Shown in pieces: positions 1 through 5,836 of a stretch of 17,099 nt of DNA. The notes below the pieces were generated by a model. It ran no database searches, had not been told where the DNA came from, and was given only the letters and a program-made list of their open reading frames with translations. The stretch lies in NCBI GenBank assembly GCA_041500405.1, contig JBGQMB010000020.1, positions 1-17,099 of the forward strand, given 5' to 3'. A program made the position numbers and the translations under genes. Positions within the stretch are counted from its first letter, which is position 1, and every line of letters begins with the position of its first letter. Source of the stretch: Candidatus Micrarchaeia archaeon. Its GTDB lineage: Archaea; Micrarchaeota; Micrarchaeia; Anstonellales; J096.

Positions 1-424
1 AATTCTCAGTGCGGTGATATATATCGGGGTCTTCCGGCTCATAAATGATTCCTATTATTGCCCTTACGCCGTTTTCCTTGAGGAAGGACTTTATTTTCGG
101 ATTTGAAAACAGCACCGCATCAAGGTGCCCGCAGGCTGATGTGAAAAGGCACATTGCACTGTCCTCTACCCGAACCATGACAAACGCATGGCCATCTTGC
201 CTTTCTATCCCGGACATCTTGAAAAGCGACTCCTCTATCTCCTCGGCGTTGCGTATTGTGCCTTTCATTTCCTGGTAAAGCGCCGCTGCCTTTGCGACTG
301 CTGCAGCATGGTTGGCGAATTTGGAGTTTGAATCCAAGAGTCTCTTCTGCATCTGAGCGAGCCTTGATACAACATTGTTTCCTGCGCCGTTGGTTTGGCG
401 CTCCTTTCCAACAGTGTCACTCAT
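1..424 (-). CDS. Hypothetical protein, partial (runs off the left window edge)
   Basis: Read manually, absent from the ORF track: ATG at 424-422, open for 141 codons to the edge (MSDTVGKERQTNGAGNNVVSRLAQMQKRLLDSNSKF...GIIYEPEDPDIYHRTEN). TATA-like CTTAAAAA ~24 nt upstream. Confidence 0.75.
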   Translation of the reverse strand, partial: MSDTVGKERQTNGAGNNVVSRLAQMQKRLLDSNSKFANHAAAVAKAAALYQEMKGTIRNAEEIEESLFKMSGIERQDGHAFVMVRVEDSAMCLFTSACGHLDAVLFSNPKIKSFLKENGVRAIIGIIYEPEDPDIYHRTEN

Positions 425-447
425 ATCCACAATATTACACCAAAGGG

Positions 448-455
448 TTTTTAAG
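448..455 (-). promoter_or_regulatory. TATA-like box for the 1..424 gene
   Basis: CTTAAAAA on the minus strand ~24 nt before ATG 424; same spacing as other genes in the window. Confidence 0.5.
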
Positions 456-480
456 TGATAAGGAATTCATCCGGTTCCGG
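448..480. repeat. Imperfect direct repeat, copy A (hmgS 3' end plus downstream flank)
   Basis: tttttaagtgataa-ggaattcatccggttccgg (448-480) vs tttttaattgataaagaaactcatccggttccgg (1538-1571); the last 14 nt are identical. Confidence 0.85.
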
Positions 481-588
481 CGTATCGGTTGAATATGCGT
501 AGAATGCGTCTATTGCCGCAAGGCTTTCCTTGCTCTTCCCTATGATGTAGGCTCCGTAGCCGCATTCTGCTGAATACTCCTATGCGTC
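467..588 (-). pseudogene. HMG-CoA synthase gene relic (internal fragment joined to the 3' end)
   Basis: 477-588 aligns without gaps to 2061-2172 (93/112 identical by manual count). It translates to DA*EYSAECGYGAYIIGKSKESLAAIDAFYAYSTDTP vs DALEYSAGCGGAAFIMGKNKESLATIDAFYAYSTDTP. 467-480 is identical to 1558-1571. Confidence 0.92.
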
Positions 589-1434
589 TTCTATCTTTTT
601 TGCCAAAGATTTCAGAGCGCCAATGGTTGCCACCACGTACGTCATGAATGCGAGGCAGAGGGACACCTTCTGATGCAGCCGTCCCCAGAATCCGGACACG
701 TAAGATGCGAGATTATCAAATGCGTAATGGCTGGCGTACGCCTCTTTCCATAGCTGCATCCCGGGGATGAGGGTGGCCAGTTCATATATAGAACGCGTCC
801 ATTTGTTTTTCTTGTTGGCATAATCCTTTGCGTGGCCAAGTTCATGGAGTGCAACCGCGGGAACATCGGAATAAAGAACTGCGACATTTGCGCCAGAACC
901 ATAGGCGTCTCCTCTGACAAAGGCCAGGCCTATTTCTCCAAAAAAGTCCTCGGCGAAGTTCAGCAATCTCATCAAAAACGGATATTTCGCCGCTATCTCC
1001 GGCCTCGTGAACATGCTTACCGCATCTTCCCAGGGGTTGATGTGGTTAAGGCGGATTGTCATATCGGTCAGTTTCGGATCCGTTTTTAGTTGCAGGTATA
1101 CCGAGGCGGCCGTCAGATTGCCGACGCTCGTTCCCACATGGGTATTAATGAGGATTAATTTGGCGGGCATGGAACCCACCCATCCGATCATTCTGACAAG
1201 TTTGGGGTCCTTGCCAACAACCATCCGGTTGTTCTTGCGTTTCATGTCCGGATCGTTGTTGTAACGTTCTACCTGACTTTGGAGAGAACCGGCATCGCTG
1301 GTTAGCGCCATGCGTTCTATGCGGTTTTTTTCTGCATTGAACGCGGCGCTTGCCGTTCGCGATGGGATTGAAGTGCAACTGAGATGGGCTGCAAGCGCTA
1401 TGGTCCCGATATAACCAAGAGTGCGCATCTTCAT
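580..1434 (-). CDS. Putative lipoprotein zinc metallopeptidase (HEXXH, gluzincin-like)
   Basis: 284 aa. N-terminal MKMRTLGYIGTIALAAHLSC signal/lipobox-like Cys20; VALHELGHAKDY motif (832-846); Glu of KEAYAS 30 residues after the second His; hydrophobic C-terminal helix. Confidence 0.7.
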   Translation of the reverse strand: MKMRTLGYIGTIALAAHLSCTSIPSRTASAAFNAEKNRIERMALTSDAGSLQSQVERYNNDPDMKRKNNRMVVGKDPKLVRMIGWVGSMPAKLILINTHVGTSVGNLTAASVYLQLKTDPKLTDMTIRLNHINPWEDAVSMFTRPEIAAKYPFLMRLLNFAEDFFGEIGLAFVRGDAYGSGANVAVLYSDVPAVALHELGHAKDYANKKNKWTRSIYELATLIPGMQLWKEAYASHYAFDNLASYVSGFWGRLHQKVSLCLAFMTYVVATIGALKSLAKKIEDA

Positions 1435-1458
1435 AGTTATAATTTATGTATAAAAAGG

Positions 1459-1466
1459 TATATAAA
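1459..1466 (-). promoter_or_regulatory. TATA box for the peptidase gene
   Basis: TTTATATA on the minus strand, 24 nt before ATG 1434. Confidence 0.65.
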
Positions 1467-1537
1467 TCTATATTTTGAGGCACTGGACAGAACAAACAAC
1501 TCAAGTTAAAGCCAGCATGCTCCGGAAGCGCATCCTC

Positions 1538-1571
1538 TTTTTAATTGATAAAGAAACTCATCCGGTTCCGG
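1538..1571. repeat. Imperfect direct repeat, copy B (3' end of intact hmgS plus flank)
   Basis: Homologous to 448-480. Confidence 0.85.
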
Positions 1572-2613
1572 TATATCCCTTGAGCTTGCCCCTGATCTTG
1601 ACGTACATTGAGTAGTCGATGTACTCCTTTTCGTTGACGTAGTCCATGGTCTTGGGCGCCCTTCCTGCCGCGCCCTCTATCTTGTCCGTGACTGTTATGC
1701 TGAACGAGTCGCTTCCTGCCCCGCTTCCGAAGCTTGTTGCCAGTATCTTTTCGCCCGGCTTTGCGTTGTCAAGGATGTTGGCTAAGCCAAGCGGAACGGC
1801 GCCGCTGTACGTGTTTCCGATAAGGGGCGTCAACAGCCCGAGCTTGAGCTTTTCAGGAGGAATGCCGAGCTTCTTTGCGGCAACCATCGGGAACTTCGCG
1901 TTCGGCTGGTGGAAAACGACGTGGTCAAAATCGTCCAGTTTCATGCCCGTTTTTTCCAAAAGGCCCTTTGTCGCGTTGATGATGTGCTTGAAGTATGCCG
2001 GTTCGCCCGTGAACCGCCCTCCGTGGCTTGGAAAGTCCTGTCCTTCGCGCCTCCAGAAGTCCGGCGTGTCTGTTGAATAAGCGTAGAATGCGTCTATCGT
2101 GGCAAGGCTTTCCTTGTTTTTGCCCATGATGAAGGCGGCGCCTCCGCATCCTGCGGAATACTCCAATGCGTCGCCTGGCTTGCCTTGCGCCGTGTCCGCG
2201 CCTATCGCCATTCCATATTTCACGTAGTTGGCGTCAACAAGGCCCATGCACATTATGATTCCGGACGTTCCTGCCCTGCATGCAAACTCTAAGTCAGCAG
2301 CAGAAAGTTCCGGCGTTATGTTAAGGCCTTCTGCTATGATTGACGATGAGCTTTTGACAACGTACGGGTGGCTTTCGCTCCCGACGTAAACGGCCCCTAT
2401 TTCCTTTGCGTTTATGTTCGCCCTTGCTATGGCATTCCTGCCTGCCGCAACGCCAATGGTTGCCGTGTCCTCATCCACGTTCGCAACCGCCTTTTCAATT
2501 ATCCCAAGGCCTCCCTCTATCCTTTGCGGGTCCCCTCCCCACACCCTTGCGATTTCCCTGCTCTTTATCCTGTACCTTGGGACATAAGCTCCATAGCCTA
2601 CAATGCCTGCCAT
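1558..2613 (-). CDS. hmgS: Hydroxymethylglutaryl-CoA synthase, archaeal type
   Basis: 351 aa. GIVGYGAYVPRYRIK start, GSESHPY, catalytic EFACRAG, DTPDFWRR, HQPN, GNTYSG and SFGSGAGSD motifs. Confidence 0.96.
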   Translation of the reverse strand: MAGIVGYGAYVPRYRIKSREIARVWGGDPQRIEGGLGIIEKAVANVDEDTATIGVAAGRNAIARANINAKEIGAVYVGSESHPYVVKSSSSIIAEGLNITPELSAADLEFACRAGTSGIIMCMGLVDANYVKYGMAIGADTAQGKPGDALEYSAGCGGAAFIMGKNKESLATIDAFYAYSTDTPDFWRREGQDFPSHGGRFTGEPAYFKHIINATKGLLEKTGMKLDDFDHVVFHQPNAKFPMVAAKKLGIPPEKLKLGLLTPLIGNTYSGAVPLGLANILDNAKPGEKILATSFGSGAGSDSFSITVTDKIEGAAGRAPKTMDYVNEKEYIDYSMYVKIRGKLKGYTGTG

Positions 2614-2634
2614 ATCCGGTTATCCCCTTATATG

Positions 2635-2643
2635 TTTAAAAAA
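2635..2643 (-). promoter_or_regulatory. TATA-like box for hmgS
   Basis: TTTTTTAAA on the minus strand, 21 nt before ATG 2613. Confidence 0.55.
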
Positions 2644-2705
2644 GCTGGCGGTTCCGCCTTCGTCTATTGACGTTGGCCCGTCTGAAAAAGGTCCGGGCGG
2701 ATAGG

Positions 2706-2713
2706 TTTAAAAA
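2706..2713 (+). promoter_or_regulatory. TATA box for paralog 1
   Basis: TTTAAAAA 24 nt before ATG 2738; ATAGGTTT context shared with the paralog 2 promoter. Confidence 0.6.
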
Positions 2714-2737
2714 GTATTGTTATAATAAATGGTATAT

Positions 2738-3334
2738 ATGGCATTTAAATTCCGGGAATCAAAAAGGATGAAAAAGGCCAGGCAGCGGAAGGAAACGCTT
2801 GAAAGATTCAAGGACCTTTTAGTGAAAGATAAAAATGGAAATCCTATAATAATGCTAAATAAAGAAACAGGAGAAAGAATCTCCAAGATTTTATCTGTCG
2901 ATATGAAACAGAAGGAAAGAATAGAAGCTGGACTTGAAAATATGATATTTGATGCTAAAAAGGAAATTGGACCTATAGATAGCGAGATACAGAGTTATGG
3001 GGTGCTAAAAAAAGGTTACTCAGAAAAGGGAATGATTAGTTATTTTTATAGAGGGAATATTTTTACAGGGAGCTTCTGGGGTTTCGCTGTTGGAGTCGTA
3101 TCAACAATCACAGCAAGGATATCGGTTGTTGGCGCATCTCCAAATTATATCACAGAACTAATCAATTCCGATCCTTTTGCTCCTGTTATGGTAATTGGAT
3201 GCACTGTTGCTGGAGCTGCCATCGGAACGATCAGTGCATTACGTAAGCATATTCGAGAGAATAAGAGAATTAGTGAATTTATAACTACGCTTAATGCGCT
3301 TGGCGTTCAGATAAGGAAAAGCCCAGAAAAATAG
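2738..3334 (+). CDS. Hypothetical two-TM membrane protein, paralog 1 (alternative start 2729)
   Basis: Basic N-terminus MAFKFRESK, two Gly-rich hydrophobic helices, C-terminal LNALG. Clear similarity to 3366-3842; start chosen by paralog alignment and TATA spacing. Confidence 0.85.
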   Translation: MAFKFRESKRMKKARQRKETLERFKDLLVKDKNGNPIIMLNKETGERISKILSVDMKQKERIEAGLENMIFDAKKEIGPIDSEIQSYGVLKKGYSEKGMISYFYRGNIFTGSFWGFAVGVVSTITARISVVGASPNYITELINSDPFAPVMVIGCTVAGAAIGTISALRKHIRENKRISEFITTLNALGVQIRKSPEK

Positions 3335-3337
3335 GTT

Positions 3338-3345
3338 TTTAAATA
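3338..3345 (+). promoter_or_regulatory. TATA box for paralog 2
   Basis: TTTAAATA 20 nt before ATG 3366. Confidence 0.6.
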
Positions 3346-3365
3346 GTGTTATGGCAAGGGTATTC

Positions 3366-3842
3366 ATGGCTTTTAAATTCTGGGAATCAAAAAACAGGAA
3401 ACAGAAAAGAAGCCAGAAGGAGTCGCTTTTGCCGTACAAGGACCTGCTTGAATTGGACAAAGACGGGAAGCCGATGTTCAAATTGAACGCCGACGCGTGC
3501 AGAAGCTGCATCATTGCCGCCAACAATTCGGACGAACCCGCCGTTAAAATACCGGCAGGGGAAGCGAGGATTCTCATTAATCGCACTATGATAAGCTGGA
3601 AAGACTACATAGTGGAATCCTGCCTGGCGGGGGGATTGGGCGGAGCGGCGCTGACTGCGTTAAGCGTCGGCACCAACGGGGTCAAAGAAGGAATAATAAC
3701 ATTGGCGGGCGCTGTGATTGGCGCAGCCCTCTACTTTGGATTGGCGGTATTTAATTTCAGGAGCGAAAACAGCAATGAAAGGTTCGCAAACCAGCTCAAC
3801 GCGCTTGGTCCGGCAATCAGGGAAAGGATGAAAGCAGAGTGA
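3366..3842 (+). CDS. Hypothetical two-TM glycine-zipper membrane protein, paralog 2 (alternative start 3351)
   Basis: MAFKFWESK...KDLLELDKDGKP, LAGGLGGAAL and LAGAVIGAAL helices, C-terminal LNALG. Confidence 0.85.
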   Translation: MAFKFWESKNRKQKRSQKESLLPYKDLLELDKDGKPMFKLNADACRSCIIAANNSDEPAVKIPAGEARILINRTMISWKDYIVESCLAGGLGGAALTALSVGTNGVKEGIITLAGAVIGAALYFGLAVFNFRSENSNERFANQLNALGPAIRERMKAE

Positions 3843-3885
3843 AGCCTTCCAAACCTATTTAAACATGTTCCCGCATATTACAACT

Positions 3886-4194
3886 ATGTACAAATCCATG
3901 ATCGTCGCGCTGGACAAGCCGTACATGAGGAAGCTAAGGATTGCCATGGACCGGCACAACAGCAAAAAGATGCGCGAAAGGGCAAATGCAAACATAAGGA
4001 GGGGCATTGCGCCGATGCTTGAAATCGCGAAGCTTCAAACTGAGATTTTCTCAAGCGCAGGCAGGATAAGCCCAACTGACAGGTTCTATATGAAAAAGAG
4101 GATTGCGCAGATCATGGAAGAGAAAAGAGAGGCAGAAAATCCCGTGCCGGACATGTGCGAGGGCACAGTGATAGGCGGAACATATGGGATGTGA
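3886..4194 (+). CDS. Hypothetical protein (alternative start 3865)
   Basis: ORF fills the gap before rps12. TATTTAAA at 3856-3863 favours ATG 3886. No recognisable motif. Confidence 0.65.
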   Translation: MYKSMIVALDKPYMRKLRIAMDRHNSKKMRERANANIRRGIAPMLEIAKLQTEIFSSAGRISPTDRFYMKKRIAQIMEEKREAENPVPDMCEGTVIGGTYGM

Positions 4195-4216
4195 AGCAGA
4201 AGGGTCTCTCAATATG

Positions 4217-4269
4217 TTTTTAAAGGAATGCCTCAAAGAAATAGACACTCATACCAATAGACAAGGTGA
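4217..4269 (+). promoter_or_regulatory. rps12 promoter/leader: TATA-like box and Shine-Dalgarno
   Basis: TTTTTAAA at 4217-4224; AGGTGA just before ATG 4276; AATAGACA repeated at 4240-4247 and 4256-4263. Confidence 0.55.
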
Positions 4270-4275
4270 AGATTA

Positions 4276-4713
4276 ATGGGAAAAGGCGCAAACGGCGAAA
4301 ACGCCGGAAGGAATCTGAAGAGGAAAAGGCAGAAGTACAAATGGCTTTCAAAAAAGTGGAAAAGGGCAAAGCTCAAGCTCAAGGCGAGGTTCGACCCGCT
4401 CGGAAGCTCGCCTATGGCCTCAGGAATAGTCGTTGAAAAGGTCACGCTGGAGCAGAAGCAGCCGCACTCCGGGCTTATCAAGTGCGTCAAGGTCCAGCTC
4501 AAGAAGAACGGAAGGATAGTGACGGCGCACGCGCCGAGGGACAAGGCAATAACGTTCATAAACGAGCACGACGACGTAATGATTGCCGGGCTCGGAGGCT
4601 CGCAAAGGGGCCCCATAGGCTCGATTCCCGGAGTCAGGTACAAGGTAACCAAGGTCAACAACGTGGACCTGCAGGCCCTAAGGCACGGCAAGAAGGAGAA
4701 GCCAAAGAGGTAA
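4276..4713 (+). CDS. rps12: 30S ribosomal protein uS12 (archaeal S12)
   Basis: 145 aa. GIVVEKV..EQKQP, KCVKVQLKKNG, IPGVRYKV and GKKEKP motifs. Confidence 0.97.
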   Translation: MGKGANGENAGRNLKRKRQKYKWLSKKWKRAKLKLKARFDPLGSSPMASGIVVEKVTLEQKQPHSGLIKCVKVQLKKNGRIVTAHAPRDKAITFINEHDDVMIAGLGGSQRGPIGSIPGVRYKVTKVNNVDLQALRHGKKEKPKR

Positions 4714-4718
4714 TGTGA

Positions 4719-5324
4719 ATGTTCAAGCTTTTTGACAAGTGGGACGTGGAAGGCATCGAGGTAAAGGACGCCAGCCTGAAGCAGACGATATTGCTGAAGC
4801 CCGGCATAGTGCCGCACAGCTTCGGGCGCAACGCATCGACGCGCTTCGGAAAGGTGAAGGTCAATGTCGTGGAAAGGCTGATAAACAAGCTCATGAGGGG
4901 GGGAACCGGCGAAAAGGTAAGCGGAAAGGTAATCCGCACCGGCGGAAGGCTCCAGGGCAAGAAACTCAAGACCATGAAGGTCGTTGAGGACGCATTTGAC
5001 ATGATATTCGCAAAGACAAAGCAGAACCCGGTGCAGGTCCTGATAACCGCGATAGAGAACTCGGCCCCAAGGGAGGAGGTCACCAGGGTTGCGGCAGGAG
5101 GCGTCAGCTACCAGCTTTCAGTGGACGTTTCGGCGACAAGGAGGCTTGATGTCGCGCTGAGGCACATAACGCTCGCTGCGCTGATGAAGGCGTTCGACGC
5201 CAAGGCGTCGCTCCAGTACACGCTCGCCGAGGAGCTAATCAACTGCGCAAAGGGGGACATCCAGACCAGCTATTCGGTCAAGAAGAAGGATGAAATGGAA
5301 AGGATGGCAAAGGCGGCGCGCTGA
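4719..5324 (+). CDS. rps7: 30S ribosomal protein uS7 (archaeal S7)
   Basis: 201 aa. KLFDKWD, VERLINKLM, NPVQVL..AIENSAPREE, VDVS..RRLD.AL and ERMAKAAR motifs; follows rps12. Confidence 0.97.
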   Translation: MFKLFDKWDVEGIEVKDASLKQTILLKPGIVPHSFGRNASTRFGKVKVNVVERLINKLMRGGTGEKVSGKVIRTGGRLQGKKLKTMKVVEDAFDMIFAKTKQNPVQVLITAIENSAPREEVTRVAAGGVSYQLSVDVSATRRLDVALRHITLAALMKAFDAKASLQYTLAEELINCAKGDIQTSYSVKKKDEMERMAKAAR

Positions 5325-5328
5325 GGCA

Positions 5329-5832
5329 TCATTTTTTCGCTTCTATCAGGCGCCAGTATTTCCTTATTCCCTCGGCAAACGGGGGAGTGTATTTCTCTGG
5401 GTGCAGTTTTACGTCAGCCCTCAGGCCGTCCAGGGTTATCCATTTTACCTCTGTCATTTCATAGTAGTCCGGCTTGACTTCCCCGTCCGTCCTTCCGACA
5501 AAGACGGAATGGAACGCCCTATCCGTCCCTTTTTCATAAAGGAACTTGAATGCGAACTTCACTGGGACTGAGATTCCGAGCTCCTCCTTCATCTCGCGCT
5601 TTATGCACTGCTCGTACGACTCGTCCTCCACAGTTCCGCTTACAGAACATGTGTAAAGGCCGGGATACCACCTTTTTCCCTCCGCCCTTTTCTGCAGCAA
5701 TATCTCGTCTTTTGGGTTGAACAGCACCAAGTGGGCGGCGCGGTGTATGCATTTGCCCTCGTAAACGTCCTTGCTCGGCCTCAATCCGATGATGGTGTCG
5801 TGCTCGTCCACAGCTATCATGAGCCCTTCCAT
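5329..5832 (-). CDS. Nudix hydrolase, type 1 IDI/YfcD-like fold
   Basis: 167 aa. VDEHD, HRAAHLVLFN..LLQKR..K..YPG, Nudix box ESYEQCIKREMKEELG, C-terminal PEKYTP. Confidence 0.85.
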   Translation of the reverse strand: MEGLMIAVDEHDTIIGLRPSKDVYEGKCIHRAAHLVLFNPKDEILLQKRAEGKRWYPGLYTCSVSGTVEDESYEQCIKREMKEELGISVPVKFAFKFLYEKGTDRAFHSVFVGRTDGEVKPDYYEMTEVKWITLDGLRADVKLHPEKYTPPFAEGIRKYWRLIEAKK

Positions 5833-5836
5833 TTTA

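Noticed and set aside
45..492. Plus-strand ORFs 45..278 and 256..492
   Set aside because: Antisense shadows of the longer minus-strand ORF 1..424; no motifs.
477..588. Relic and hmgS pair as a diversity-generating retroelement TR/VR
   Set aside because: Only 9 of 19 mismatches fall at adenines of the relic in coding orientation, mismatches are biased to third codon positions, and there is no reverse transcriptase in the window.
2641..2700. tRNA or known ncRNA
   Set aside because: No acceptor stem, T-loop consensus or suitable length.
4233..5083. Long antisense ORFs over rps12/rps7
   Set aside because: Shadows of conserved ribosomal protein genes.
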